DNA from: Tubulanus polymorphus
Lineage: Eukaryota > Animalia > Nemertea
DNA: 64,000 nt
Assembly (NCBI RefSeq): GCF_964204645.1
Contig: NC_134028.1
Coordinates: 22,192,345-22,256,344 of the forward strand
Direction of reading: 5' to 3'
Part shown: one piece after another, positions 50,201 to 63,490 of the stretch
How the letters are laid out: each line of letters opens with the position of its first letter
How positions within the stretch are numbered: position 1 is the first letter of the stretch
Notes under the pieces: model-generated
What the model was told of the DNA's origin: nothing
Seen by the model: the letters and a program-made list of their open reading frames with translations, nothing else
The model's database searches: none
Translations under genes and position numbers: made by a program

Positions 50201-53105
50201 GCGAATGTAACTTGTAAAGGAAACCCGTCGAGTCCCCATATGGCAACCACACTCTCCATCGGGGTGTGTTGAGCGTGCTCGCAGTTCCAAGCCACGAAAA
50301 TGCTCGTTGCATTCCGTACGAAACTTGGTAATGAAAATGGACGCTCTTCACTATAAAATCAGGGCCAGCGGAAGCTAGTAAGACATTAACCGCGCAGAAG
50401 TTCGAGCCTATTTTTTTCAGAGCGTTCAGGGGTTACCGCGGAGAAATTATTCCGAAGGACCTGGGGCTATTTGAGACATTCGGTATCACGATTCAGGTCG
50501 ATTTAATCACCTTGTTCGTGATTGTTTACGGATCATAATGTTTAGAGACGCAGTCGTTACGCGTAGTCGATCACAAAATATGTTTTCAAAAGAATATCAT
50601 AGGCATAACTATTGGCCCTGGTCAAAGCCGCCCGTAAAAATGATCGAGTTTTGAAAACCTCCAGTTTTTGAAGTTGCTGATTTTTCGTTTGAAGAAATCT
50701 GACCAGCTCTGGCGCGCGCGCAAAGTAAGGGAAATGTTTTCGCCGAAAATCATATTTTTACAAACGAGGCGGCGAAATCGAACTGGGAAACCGAACCGCT
50801 TGTGTCTGTTTGGGAAAAAATTAGCCTAACCCAGTAAACAGTTGTCTGAAAATGCGAGTGTGTTACGCGTGTGTGTGGCCTCAATGAACTAGCTCTCTCA
50901 TCGCTCACATCTGGATACCATAAGCCGCACCTGTTAGTATCGGTCTACGATGTCGAGCACTAGGGGGCAGTACGATCGCAGCGATATGCGCGCTTTTCAA
51001 GAGAATATATTCTTTTTGTCGTTCTTCTTTTTTTTCATCGTACCTGTAAATCCCACAATTAAACGATAAAGCAAAAAAAAAACATCTAAGCTTTTTGTTG
51101 CCAGTATATTTCGCCTATTTCATAAACAACTGTAGCATCCAGATGGGCTGAGATGATGGCGGCTCTTGAATTGTTGTTTTTTGAGGTAACTATCGCTATA
51201 TTCGCATGTGTTAGCAATTGACATAAAAGTTTTGCCCTGCAACAATGCCGTCAGGATTGTATGGATATGGACTTTAGTTGAAAATCGAAATTAACAGTTA
51301 ACCTGAAAGTTGATTGACGCCTTAAACAAATAACGCATATATTACTTAATATTGTCGACAATAGATAATTTAATACTGATTAACCATTGCGAAGGATCCA
51401 TAAAGTTATTGTGAATTTGAATATTGATAATTTAATGAATTGACCGGCAACCAGTCTATTCCAGATACATTGATGACTTACGTGCACATCCTTTCAAAAA
51501 TAATTACGAATACGTACCACAAATATGATAAGAGTTATGAAATATATAGAATCACATAATAAAAGCCAAAAATTCACAATTCTAATTGTTATATGAATCG
51601 CAGATATCGATGAAGTAATGCGCATCGACGCACGCAAAACGCCTTAAATAACGCATACAGGTATCAATGTATATAAACATCAGTGTAACGGTTTTTACGG
51701 CGTCAAAAAATTTTATACACCGACAAATCTTCGACACTAATTACGAAACATTTCGGATACGCGTATAGCAGCAGAAGGAAGCCCCGGTATGCGAGGGCTG
51801 TCGGATGACTAAACGTTGAATCGCGGCCGCGCGTTTCTGCGAAACGCATCTAAACTCTCGGTGATGAATGGGTGTTTTGTACTGCTGTCAGAGCGAAAGT
51901 GTTTATGCGGATATATTTTAGTTTAATTAGATAAACAGATACGAACGAAGTTTACGAAACCGACCATGTGTTTCGCTTACCTAAGAATATTACACCGACC
52001 GCTTCTGCAAATGTTTAGTTTGCCTAAGAACGCGGTCTATTGACTCGGGCCGTTAATTGTTATAAACTATCTACACTTAGAAAGATTCGCTCCGTTTATC
52101 AACTGTATATGTTTGCTAGTAAAAGCATTTTGAGTTATGACTTACCTATAATATTGATAGGGGTAACAAGACTCGGTTTTAGATGCTGTATATTTGCTCG
52201 CGTGATAGGGCTGAAAAAATGATACCTTGTTACCCCTTTCTGCTTAGCTTAAAATGACCCCACCAGCCGGCCATCTATCCTCTATATACATTAATTATTG
52301 ATTAAATCTATTTGTGACCTATTTACCAGGCAGCTATATAGAAATTAACTGATTTATACGAATTTTGTTGTATTTTACAAAAATGACCCGGCCGATTAGG
52401 AGAAACAAGGTATTACTTTTTTTTAAACCTATCTAGGTTGCGTGAACTGGTTTCCTCGGTTGAAACCACCAATAAATTGGCCCAAGCATGGACTTTAAAA
52501 AGAGTTCATGGCCCAAGTACGCCCGAGATTATATTTCCCCACATCTGTTGCAAAAACGATGTAAAAAAGGTCGCTGAAAATGGCGACAGCTTGCAGTCGC
52601 TGTAGTTCAAGAGGTAGAACACTTGACAGACGGCCAGTATATACGTTCGACTCCGGCGTGGAGAATATCTTTTTTCCCTAATTTTATACCGCCTACAGTT
52701 ACCCGATCTAAGTTCAGCGTGGTGAAGGACGCGGACTCTAATGTTCTCTGGTTATCCACGGATACATGTCAAAAATTTTTTTCGACGCCGTAAAACGGTT
52801 ACAATAATGTTTATATACATTGATACCTAAATAGACCAGGAGCCTTTGATATGCCGCTGCAAACTGGACTGAGACAGACTTATTCTATTGAGTCCATGCT
52901 AAATTTAATATGCGTTATACGTGTAAAAATATATACATATTCATCTAAATGGATGCTATTTTAATTTCAGAGTGTCAGCACTGTAACGGTGCAAGTTGCC
53001 GGGCAACTGGATCCCGATAGGTTCGACGAATTTCTACAGAATCTGCTCTGGGAAAAACAGCTGATCGGAAAAGGCGACAAGCCGATGGAGATATTTCGAT
53101 TGAAG
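35239..53105 (+). CDS. CBWD1: COBW-domain / Zn-regulated GTPase metallochaperone (COG0523 family); 3' exons lie beyond the window. Exons 35239-35413, 36565-36651, 37217-37313, 37860-37951, 39062-39121, 39631-39668, 40170-40219, 40633-40719, 40887-40931, 41052-41105, 41503-41566, 52971-53105
   Basis: The spliced frame gives [17 protein letters not shown] (Walker A), [20 protein letters not shown] (CxCC), [12 protein letters not shown] (Walker B), ILNKID (G4), SHIDK, and [14 protein letters not shown] (start of CobW_C). Confidence 0.95.
35453..35665. mobile_element. MITE with 26-bp perfect inverted repeats in CBWD intron 1
   Basis: GGTAAAAGTGCAGATCCGCACCTCTC / GAGAGGTGCGGATCTGCACTTTTACC. Confidence 0.85.
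37356..37613. mobile_element. Family B MITE interrupted by a second MITE
   Basis: Outer ends GTCCCAGT.. / ..AACTGGGTC; inner inverted pair GGGTCATTCATTTATTACGTACGCA / TGCGTACCGTAATAAGGAATGATCCC (~37402-37565). Confidence 0.6.
38414..38722. mobile_element. Family A palindromic MITE, full length, interior in the opposite orientation
   Basis: CATCCTCCCCTGCCAGGGATTCAAACCTGATGGCATC .. GATGCCACCAGGTTCGAATCCCTGCCGAGGGAAGATG; flanks ACTGAAGC / GCTGAAGC. Confidence 0.85.
38774..39018. mobile_element. piggyBac-type MITE (family C), intact ends
   Basis: TTAA|CCCTTTCAGTGC .. GCACTGAAAGGG|TTAA: 12-bp TIR with TTAA target duplication. Confidence 0.9.
41575..42011. repeat. 29-bp minisatellite starting immediately after the CBWD exon 11 donor
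   Basis: About 15 tandem copies of TCTACAGTAGACTGTGCACTTGCCTCGAA with variants; no unique spacers. Confidence 0.95.
46294..46495. repeat. Degenerate tandem repeat
   Basis: Recurrent GATGTTAGAATTTATAGAAATTACAA / GAATGTGTTGAATT units. Confidence 0.7.
50957..50972 (+). promoter_or_regulatory. CTCF-like binding motif
   Basis: GCACTAGGGGGCAGTA matches the bilaterian CTCF core (CCASYAGRKGGCRS). Confidence 0.5.
52594..52676 (+). mobile_element. tRNA-derived SINE head or tRNA pseudogene
   Basis: A-box-like TAGTTCAAGAGG, B-box-like GTTCGACTC, then a T-run; no complete cloverleaf. Confidence 0.45.
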
Positions 53106-53264
53106 GTATGTATGGCCTCCAAATTTCCGCAGCTGTCTACACGACTACTATTTGCGAGTAGTTACTACGCTTTTTAAAAGCTCGGCTTCTCCCAATGATA
53201 TAGAGAGAATACCTCTCACCCCATCAGAACAATTTCTGGTTTTTGTTCATTGGGGAGCCCATAT

Positions 53265-53616
53265 AACCAGCTATCCCACCAGATGGTGAGACGAGCAGTA
53301 GGCCGTCCGTTGTCAAAATTATTTCATGTTCATTGAACTTTGAACTGGATTTTTAGACTCCCGAATCCATACGTTATCACAGCACCCACCAAATATACAA
53401 TACTTTCATTTTTCTACTCGGCATTTTTCTATATCGGTAAAGTTTTTCATAAATAATTGATGCATGTAGGAGCAAAATTCATTCAGACTTAATTGAAATG
53501 TAGAAGACATCGAACGCCGACGACCAACGATCTACTAGCGACACCTGGCGAATCCTCGCCTGCCATACGTGGAATCCTCGATTGCCACAATAGCGTGGCG
53601 GGTATCCCATTATGGA
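53265..53616 (+). repeat. Dispersed repeat (family E) carrying two CTCF-like motifs
   Basis: AACCAGCTATCCCACCAGATGG..GATTTTTAGACTCC..TAGCGACACCTGGCGAATCCTCG..GATTGCCACAATAGCG; homologous to 32028-32364. Confidence 0.8.
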
Positions 53617-53970
53617 AATATGATGTCAAATAAATTACTCTCCTTTTTTGCGAAAAGCTAATTACAATTAGAGATATCAGGAAGCAAGTGTGGTCTGCGA
53701 TTTATACGCGAAAAATATATTATTATATGAAAAATTATATTAGAGTTATTTGCGTAAAGACGTTTAATATACGCTCTAATAGTATTGCAGATGTTCCGTA
53801 TCGATAGATAGACACGCCCATACGACGCGTTGATTAGGAAAATGATATTTCATATTTGATAGTGACTCGTCGTCGTCGTCGCCGTCGTCGTGTATAGCGT
53901 GGGAATGATCTACTGTCAACGAGTACAAATATTTTATCATCAACCCCCGCTCTTCTATAGCACTTACCGA

Positions 53971-54074
<104 letters not shown>

Positions 54075-54480
54075 CCCAGTTCAACTTCGAGCTAATGATA
54101 TTTCTATTCAGCGGTTGTCGTTTTGAATATTTTTTTCACTGTTTTCGATTGTGTTTTACTCTTCTTTTTTGGTCGTTGACATATCGCGCCAAGCGTATTT
54201 TTTTCGAGGGGCCGGCCGCTTTCTTGGAAGTTCGGGGTCTATTCTAGAAAAAAACCTCGCCGACTTAATCTATCGTTTATCTAGTGCGTCCCAACACACC
54301 TGATTGTTTTTCGCGCATGGAGGATGAAAGATAAGGACATTGATTTGTCTTGAATCGGCCATCTTGTCTGGCTTGTGTATCGGGGCGGGGGGGGGGGGGT
54401 AAAATTAAGGCTGAATTTATTGCAAAGTATCCCAATCAGAACTGGAGACAAGCCGTTCACGCGTAACAAGAGATAACCAG

Positions 54481-54587
54481 GACCCGGTTCTACAGTTCTG
54501 AGTTAAGATTTGACTTAGAGTTGACGCATTGAAAATTAACTAATTTCAACTCGGAACTAACTCTTACTCACGGCATTTGAACTGGAT
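54481..54587. mobile_element. Family B MITE
   Basis: GACCCGGTTC..GAACTGGATC flanked by CAG on both sides; homologous to 3939-4047. Confidence 0.7.
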
Positions 54588-56936
54588 CCAGGGGATTCAA
54601 AAACTTCAAGGGTCTGCCTGCCATATTAATCACTTATTGCGTGTGACCACCAATATGGCGTATAGCGCATGACTGCGAGACTTATACAACCGACAATATA
54701 GCTCTGATTTGATCCATCGCTGATAGCACCATCGGGATACGTTAATTTGAATCTAAACCCTTAACCGTATTGGATGGCTCTTTCTTAATCTCAGTCTGTG
54801 ACAAGCAGGTATAGCTGTGGTATTATGCCTCATACCACTATCGTCTCCAATTCGGAAATTTGGAAGACTTCGCTGCGCACTTTTGATCCATCGATATTTT
54901 TCAACCTGGCACACTCGCCGATTCAATGTATAATAGGCTACATCATACGTATAATACAAATCGCAAATATTTGCTGAATTAATTGTATTTGAATTGTGAT
55001 TTGTGTCGAGGCACTTCTTAGAGAGAGTATATTGCACACGTCAGGCGACGAGGTGCACACATGTCCTCTTGATCTTGCGGCGAAGCGATCATCCTTGCCA
55101 GTGTCCGTTTTGTTTGTGCCGCGTCGTTTTCGGCCCGATGTTTGTTTACTTGTCACGGTCGAACGTCTGTACGTCGATTCCTCGGATCACTATTTCACAA
55201 TGGGAGCCCGTGTCGAACGGAGTGCGGTATTCACATCGTCCGAAAGTGGTCAAACAAAGTCAACCCTCATCGATAACTGGACAAATTAAGTGTAAAGCAC
55301 ATGTTGCCGAACTCTGCGTGTTTGCGATACGCCTAACTGTGTTCGGGTTATTGTTATGTTGCCCAACTGATGCCCGTTTCAACGCGGTCGCATATTTCAG
55401 AACAACTTTCTCAAGTATTTGTTTAACATGATTCTCATATAGGATGTTGTAATTGAAATCGGTTGTCTCTAGCACGCGGGGTGTGTTTTGTCTGTCCGAG
55501 CCGAATCGGCCGTGGAGCGCATGATTACACCGTTTCCACATTTATCATATTATTCATTGTCGACGTATTAAGAAATTTTTATTTTATGTCCTATTTCTCA
55601 AGGCATCAATAGAAATTCGAGTCAGTTGTCTTCCTACTACTGTTACTGGAATCGGCATCAGATCAGTTTATATATTGATGATGCAGCCTCTCATTTAATT
55701 GAAATGCAAATCGTCTGTTGACGATGCTGGTACTCTGTGACCCCCGTGAAAAACCCATTCAATCGAGTGCCGCATCATCTCTTGATCTATTAAAACCTAT
55801 AGTCATTTCCTTCAAATGCACTTTGCTAAAAAATAGACCAACATTTTTATTCGAGTCATCGCTATCTTATTGATTGTCGATTCCCTCTTCAAACAGGGGC
55901 TTGCGCGGGCTTTTTAACGGAAAAAAATGCCCCAGTCTTCGAGCTGTTGAAAATGTTGTGTTAAAAATCGTTTATATACGAATGAATGTTTCTTGGTGCT
56001 AAATCTATGTATATGATTTGAATCGGCAAGTCGTCGAACATTGTCATAATCCGCCTTTTCACGCTAAAAAGCTGAATAAATGAAGGTATGGTTCTTATGG
56101 TTATTCTTATTTTTAGAACAATAAATCTGAGTCTGACTGCGGATTGGTATCTGCAAATTATTGCTGGCGAACCGTCGATTATGCAATTTTTGTCGGAAAT
56201 GAGCTGAACATACCATAAAAATCGCAATTTTTTGAAGTTTTATGTCTGAAAATCTGGTATTTATTGGACTGCTAATTACTTAAATACTCTCTGTAATTGA
56301 TTATTGATTATTGCTGAATATGGGTTTTCTTCCTTTTTTACTTTTGGCAAACCGTCGAATATCCATAAATATCCATATATGGGCATGTATATCCGTCGAA
56401 TATGGAGAATGAATTGAATTATTACACAGCGAACCGTCGAATATGCGTCGAATATGGAAAATTATTGATATGATTATTTTGGTGAACCGTCGAATATGCG
56501 TTGAATATAGTCACTCCATCTGAAATGGTTTTTCCGGACCCCGTCGAATATGGTGACCCCTTTTTTTCAGTTCAAAAATGTTGGTAACTATCAGTCATTT
56601 TCGGTATTAGCTTGTTTGATATGCTAATACAGTATCTAAATCAACTTATTGTGACTTAATATCCGAGATAAATGAATCTGATATCGGAAACGAGAGTGAC
56701 AAAAAAGTTCAAAATTTCAAATTGTTTTTTCTCAGTTTTAATGATAGTGCATATTCGACGGTTCGCCAGAAACCCAGGTCTAAATAAACTCTGACACCTG
56801 GTCAATTTTATTTTCGAAAAATTTGAATAATACTTAAGTTTCATTTTGGAGGGGCATGGAATTCTCTTTGTTCGTAGAGAGAATTCCAAATTATTATGAC
56901 GAAAAGACTATTCCGAAAATGTAACTGAAGCTAGTA

Positions 56937-56986
56937 GTTTATTCAACGTTTCGACTATATCCGCATAGTGATCTTCAGGCATACTG
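56937..56986 (-). ncRNA. Minimal type I hammerhead ribozyme-like motif in an inverted Penelope-like terminal remnant
   Basis: Minus strand reads CAGTATGC-CTGAAGA-TCACTAT gcggat ATAGTC-GAAA-CGTT-GAATAAAC; an inverted partial copy follows at ~57008-57053. Confidence 0.6.
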
Positions 56987-57330
56987 ATATTTATTAGGAT
57001 ATTAGAATAGTATCGAATCGTTGAATAAACTGGTATAGCTCCGGTATTTTCGGGCTGTTTTTCATTATCAATGTGGTATTCTTATTACATTATACCAAAA
57101 ATTCATAAAGACTAGTCTTTATGAATTTTTGATTATACGGATGTAGTGTTTTATCAATCGTGATATCTTTATTCTTGTATCTCCGATATCGCCCGATTCC
57201 ACTGACTCCGGGAGGTTAGGAAGTCAATTGTCAACGATCGGTCCATATTTCAACTGGGGATCGATGCTGACTTTGATGTGTGCGGAGACCGGCGTCGTGT
57301 TTTAATCGACGATTTCGATACGCACGCAGC

Positions 57331-57345
57331 GTGCGCCCCTGGTGG
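57331..57345 (-). promoter_or_regulatory. CTCF-like binding motif
   Basis: Minus strand reads CCACCAGGGGCGCAC. Confidence 0.45.
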
Positions 57346-59547
57346 TTCGACTGGAATTATACAACTTTTCCGGATGATTTATCGCCGGGAACGAGGATTC
57401 GAACTGATTAAGAAGCCGACGTTGCGTTGCGTTGCTATGTCGTCGGGCGTGTATTAACAATTATTTCCATTCCGTTCGATGACTGATCGAATGGAAACAA
57501 TTATTGTCGCCCGGCATTTCTCAGTCTATTCACCGCGCGCAGGGTTGCCTCGGCCCGAGTCAATAAACTGTTAACAAATTGAGTAATTGCTATGTTAGAT
57601 AAATCCCGATATACTTTTCTTCGGCAATAAGCTGCGTATCGTCGCTCACGGCGATCGGTGGGCGTAGATGCTATTGGCCGTCATTCGGGACAATATGTCT
57701 CTCGGGTCCGGGGCCAATACGGGCACAAGCGGTTGATGGAGCGCCCCGTCGAGGCGGACTGTGTAAATTGCATCGAGCCTGTGCTTAACGGCGTGGTTTC
57801 TATTTAATCAACGCTAATAAAGAATTATTATAACTAACGTTTTTTTTTATCTTCAAAAAGACCAAAGGCTCGCGCGAAGCTTTAATTATCCCGTAAACAG
57901 TTTGTGAGGATTGAACAATATTGACAGTTGAGTTTCTTTGTGGCCGACTGACTGCGGGGCTGATGCGAATAATGCACAAGGAATCCGGCTGCAAAATGAA
58001 CGCAGTCGATGTGACTTGACGGGCTAGCAGCCGAGCCGACGAATTCAGAGCCAGATCAGAGGTCTTTCGGGAATTCCGGATTATCAAAGCCCTCAAAATT
58101 TGTGTGACCATTTTTGTTTCGTGAGATTAGAATTTGGTTAATAAAGCCAAAAGGGCAATTATTGTGGTATTTTTTGGAAAGTTGTCGAAAAGAGCTAGTC
58201 TCTGTCATATTTCGTATCAGTTTACCCCATATATATCTGGGTGGGCCTCGGACCTCCCCCCCCCCCGGTTCTGCCCCTCGTTGGTGAAGGTTGGACTAAG
58301 GGCGGATTCGGCTGATGAATTTGACTATATTATTAAGAAATGACTGCGCAGTGATCTGCCAACGAAGTAGCAAGCATTGCAGGTGTGGAGCTCATTAAAG
58401 GGAGGGGGTTGTGGTCCTTCTCATGGAAATTTTGAAAAATAACTTTTCCTTGTATCTAAGACATTCTTGACCTGTCAGATCGCGTACTTCTAAAAAATAT
58501 GTTATCAACTTATTTTTCTGACTATTTTCCGGAGTACAGTAGTATCTATCTATGGATCAGTTAACGATAGGTGGCAGCAGCAGCAGTAGCAGCAGCAGCT
58601 ATCGCTGTTATTACTAACAGATGGAGGCGATGTGTAGACAAAAAACATGATCGAGTTGTCGGATGTCATTTGTCAGGCGGATAATTACAGTCGGTTACTG
58701 TAGGACGAACACGACTGTCATAAGTGTCTCCACTCGAGAGACCCGTAAAGTCTAACAAGTTCCCTTAAATCGCAATGATCGCACTTGATTAAATAGACCA
58801 ACGGTTGTCGCTGGTGAATGCGTCGTGTCGTAATGTTTGATCGCCGTCTTGTTACTAATGAGCTCGGCGAAGCGGTCCCCGGCGGATACTTCGCGCAAAT
58901 CGACAATCAACATATTTCACGACATTTTCATAAATATTAATCAAAGCTCGAGTCCCGGCCGGTTTGAGTTATCGATGTTCCGGGGATGCGAGCCGGCGAC
59001 CGTTTTATAGTGTAGCGCTCTGGTCGGCCGGGGTAATTGTGTATTTGACGGTTGATTTGTCCGTTGAGAGTAAAGTATCTTATTGTTCTTCCTCTCGTTG
59101 AAGGTCTCTCTCTCTCTCTTTCTATTAATAAAAGAAATCTCTCTTTTGTCGTCGGCTCTGGTCGGTGTTTTATGGGTTTTCTCGGTGTTTGTCGAACGAA
59201 AAAGTAAAAGTCATTTTCTGTGTGTATAGTCGGCTTTACAAACATTCTTTTTGTGTACGCTTTTGATTTACACGCATCCCTAAATTGCGCAGGCGTTTAT
59301 AGATTAGTAGCGATTAGATGCCGTGATTCATCGCAAGTTGCCGAGCGAGGCTTTGGTCGGGTTCGAATCCCGATTTATTCGAATGTATTTTTTTCTTATT
59401 AATTAAACCTTTTTTGCCGAGTCCTATTCACATTTTCCTGCTGTACATTAATCAGGATTATAGGTTTAATTTCGTTGCCGAGTTCGATCATTTCACGCCC
59501 TCACCTCAGAACAGACGTGTATAAATGTTTTCTCCATCTTCAGAATG

Positions 59548-60020
59548 GAAAAAGGGAGGGAGGGAGGGAGGGAGGTGGGGAGGGAGGGAGGGAGGGAGGG
59601 AGGGAGGGAGGGAGGGAAGAATGGAAAAAGGGAGGGAGGGAAAAAGGGAGGGAGGGAAAAAGGGAAAAAGGGAGGGAGGGAAAAAAAAGGGAGGGAGGGA
59701 GGGAAAAAAGGAGGGAGGGAGGGAGGGAAAAAGGGAGAGGGGAAGAGAGAAAGACTGACAAGGAAGAGGGAAGATGGAGGGGCGGAAGGTCAGAGAGGGA
59801 GAGGGGGAAAGGCAGGGAGTCTCAGTGGGAGAGATCAAAATGGATATGTAGATGGAGAGGGTGAGGGAGAGGGACATCAGGGGAAAGAGAGTGAGAGAGG
59901 AGATGGGGAGGGACATACTGGCAAGGGAAAGATGCGTAGAGTGAGGGGAGAGGGGAAAGGCGAAGAGTCAGAGGGAGAGGGGGAGAGGGAGACGGGGATG
60001 GAGAGGGTATAGGGAGATGA
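59548..60020. repeat. Polypurine (GGGA)n / GA-rich low-complexity tract
   Basis: Long GGGAGGGA arrays grading into GA-rich sequence; source of five spurious ORFs. Confidence 0.95.
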
Positions 60021-61358
60021 AGGTGGATAGTTTTGAGACGGAATAAGGCCTCGGTTCAGACATAAATCGGGCGGCGGTATCATGGCCTCGCATCAGTCTC
60101 TCTTTGAGTGAGCGCGTGATTTTTATTCGATTCAGTGTATCGCTTGATTTATATCTCCCCGATTCTCTTAATCCCATCATTAACAGTAACTGAATGTAAG
60201 CAATTGGACGCCCACTCGATACCCGCCGTATAATCATCACTCAGTCTTCTAAATATTACATCTCCAGTTAATTCCATTTCGCCGGATTGTCTTCCCTTGT
60301 GTATTGCATCGAGATTGGCTGCTGTTTTTCCAGCGCGTCAGTCGATTAGCGATGATTTTCGCGTTTTTATCGGACATCCAGGGCCCCGTCGATAATTGGC
60401 CGACCAGTTATCCAATTTCGGCTAATAGTTCTTGGCGGACGCTCTCCTCTCTCGCTCTCCCTCTCTCTCTCTCGGCCGCTCCGTGGCGGTTATCAACAAT
60501 CAATAAATCAAAAACGACGCCTCGGAGTGCGACCTACGAATCTCGTCCGCTCAAGGAGACATTGTCCATCTGTTTGTCCAGCTTTTTTTCTAGTTCTTCT
60601 GCGTCGCATCTAAGAACGTTCAATCATTTCGTGACCTTTTAAGCATCCGATGACTCTTTGGCCCCGCGCAAAATGCCGTTCTTTGTTGGGGAGAGGGAGA
60701 TCTTGACACTTCGAAATGAATACGTATGGGAAAATTCTTTTTTTTTAAATATTTTTTGAAAGAAAATTCACAAGAAATCCCTGATAGAACCTGATTGTTT
60801 TGTTTCGTGTGCTCGGTTTTACATGTTCCGGATCCTTAGAATTTTAGGTCGGTTTTCTATGGAAGCGATAGAAATGACCGGGCATTTTTATCAGGAAAGA
60901 GCCGCGATTTCAATTCATCAATAGTCGTCAGTCAATCCAGACTAGTCGGACCATGAGACATGGATGCATCGAAGTGAAAGATTTGTCGGGATTAATATTG
61001 TCCTCGCTGAACAGATTACTAAATGAAAGTATATTGTGACCAGCACGGTGTGGCTGAAGCTGAGAGCCCGCGCGTTCACCGGCGTTTATCTATAGAACTT
61101 GCGGGCTCGAAATAAAGTAGCAGGCATTCTTAAGTTGCGATATTAAGTTGTTATTGTACATTTCGTACAACACACCTGCGTGTTTTTGTAAGAGGTCTAC
61201 CTCAATTGAGATTTTGAGGATAAGGCTAAGATATTTCGATTCAATCTGTATAATGCTCGCCCATATAACTGAATTGTCTATACATGCCCTATATTGCACT
61301 TCCTGAAAGTTTGATGAATTTCGTTCATCTCCAATTCGCACCAAAATCACAGACCCTA

Positions 61359-61545
61359 TAACTTTAACTTTAACTTTAACCTGACCTTTAACTTTAACTT
61401 TAACTTTAACTTTAACCTTAACTTTAAATCTAACCTTAACTTTAACGTTAACTTTAACCTTACCCTTACCTTTACCTTTAACATTAACTTTAATTTTAAC
61501 TTTAACTTTAACCTAACCTTTAACTATAACTTTAAGTTTAACTTT
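61359..61545. repeat. (TTTAAC)n hexamer microsatellite
   Basis: Tandem TTTAAC/CTTAAC units. Confidence 0.95.
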
Positions 61546-62324
61546 TCTTTATTGAGACGAACTCAAAGTCACAATAGTAATTTACGATGGAAAGAGAAAA
61601 CATAATCAATAGACAATATTTTGGTCGGTGGTGGCAGTGGCCTATCTAGTAAGAAGTAGTAAGTTTAGTCTCGCAATCGTTTGAAATGATGACCCAAGAA
61701 CGCCCCTACTTTTTCCAAAAACGTTAACAGAAACCCTTTTACTCATTTAGACTAGGACCGGGGGTAACTAAGAACTGATCCTAGTATAATTTCTAATTCA
61801 ACCTACGCGAACTAGTAGTCTTAGAGTCCATGATTCTATATATACAGAAACGAAACCGTCGAATATTGGCCTATGTAATCCTGATTGACGGGGCGCGGTT
61901 TGCGCGTCATTAATCGCTCGATTTATTCCTCTACATTGTCAAGTGGTCGTCGCCCGGCCATTCAATCCGTTTACATAAACGCGAGGCTTATATGGTTATT
62001 GTCCCCGGGGCCGAGAGACGGCAGAACCTATACACAACCCCGGTCTTTTCTTATCGCAAATATGCGATTATATTCCAGGTTATTATCATCGAAATGATAG
62101 TATATTATTCCTTGAAATCGTTCGCTATCCGATCTGTTTGTAAATAAAGGTTTTAAAGTGTATAATATTCTTGTATATGGAGATACAGAGAAAGATAGTG
62201 ATTTCGCGCCGTTCTGAGTATTTCTGAAGACTCTGCCCGAGTGTTAAATCCCCTTGTTCGCACATTTCAATACCAGTCGACGAATTTGGTTTGCATTGAT
62301 ACACTCCAAGTATAGTATTATAAG

Positions 62325-62465
62325 TATATTATTGTTATGATTATTATTATTATTATTATTATCATTATTATTATTATTATTTTTATTATTATTATTATTT
62401 TGATAATGTTAATGAATATGATCATGATTATGATTATTATTAATATTGTTATTATTGTTATCATT
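62325..62465. repeat. (ATT)n microsatellite, imperfect
   Basis: Tandem ATT units. Confidence 0.95.
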
Positions 62466-63274
62466 AGTGATTCGAGTTGATTTTGATTAACTTGAAAAGA
62501 GATTTGTTTGTAACAGTTAGTATCATTAACAGTCAACCGTCCAATAGTTTGTCGGCTAACTCAAGAGCTACGTCAGAATTTTAAACGGAATTTTTTTCTT
62601 TTTGGGGCGGCCCAGTTTTACAGTTGGCGTTCAAATGTTCAATCGAGTCGATTTCCTCGCAAATCTAGTTCGTCTCGAATCGATTTAGGACCGATTTAAT
62701 CCTTTTTTGTGAAGATGGACCCTGGATCAAAATGACTAACTTTTCCGAATAAATCGTCGAATTCTTTTCAAACGGTCATCTTCGATGCCGGAATGAGAAA
62801 ACATAAAACATGGCAGAACAAATTCTGAGGCACCGGCACAATAATGATGATTATTATTTTCATCATTATGTCATCCAAGATTATTGTACATTGTAGGAAT
62901 ACACATAGTTTTTACATACATTATATGAGGGACATAGTGCTAGCCAATTCTATGTACTTATAATTTTTAAGGCACTGTGCCCACGTGCATTATACGCGAG
63001 GTACAATACAAATAGATACTTATGTTGCTTTATAATGTATGTAATAATGAATATCAATAATATTATAATATTCATAATAATAGAATTATAATAGAAGATT
63101 CGTGGAATAGCCGTGTTAACCGGGTTTAGAATAGATAACGTGCCGAGTATAGTACTTTAAAGGTTAACTATTTCATTTGACGCACGAGCTTTCGCTATTA
63201 ATGTATAGTAGCTTCATCAGGTGAATGATACAGTATACAGTAGCGACAGCTCGTCGCAGAATTAATATTCATAA

Positions 63275-63285
63275 CAATAATAATG

Positions 63286-63364
<79 letters not shown>

Positions 63365-63373
63365 TAATAATTG

Positions 63374-63414
<41 letters not shown>

Positions 63415-63490
63415 TGATAATAATAATAGTGATAGTGATAGTGATAGTGACAGTGACAGTAACAGTAATAGTAATGATAATAATAATAAT
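63275..63490. repeat. (AAT)n plus (GATAGT)n compound microsatellite
   Basis: Tandem AAT units, then AGTGAT/AGTGAC units. Confidence 0.97.

Noticed and set aside
52594-52676. Functional tRNA gene
   Set aside because: A/B-box-like motifs are present but acceptor and anticodon stems do not pair; treated as a SINE head or pseudogene.
54753-55541. Cluster of 70-140-aa ORFs inside CBWD intron 12
   Set aside because: Overlapping ORFs on both strands with no recognisable motifs; none matches the expected next CBWD exon (G..QGV..Y).
59475-60083. Gly/Arg/Glu-rich and Pro/Ser/Leu-rich ORFs
   Set aside because: Products of the (GGGA)n low-complexity tract.
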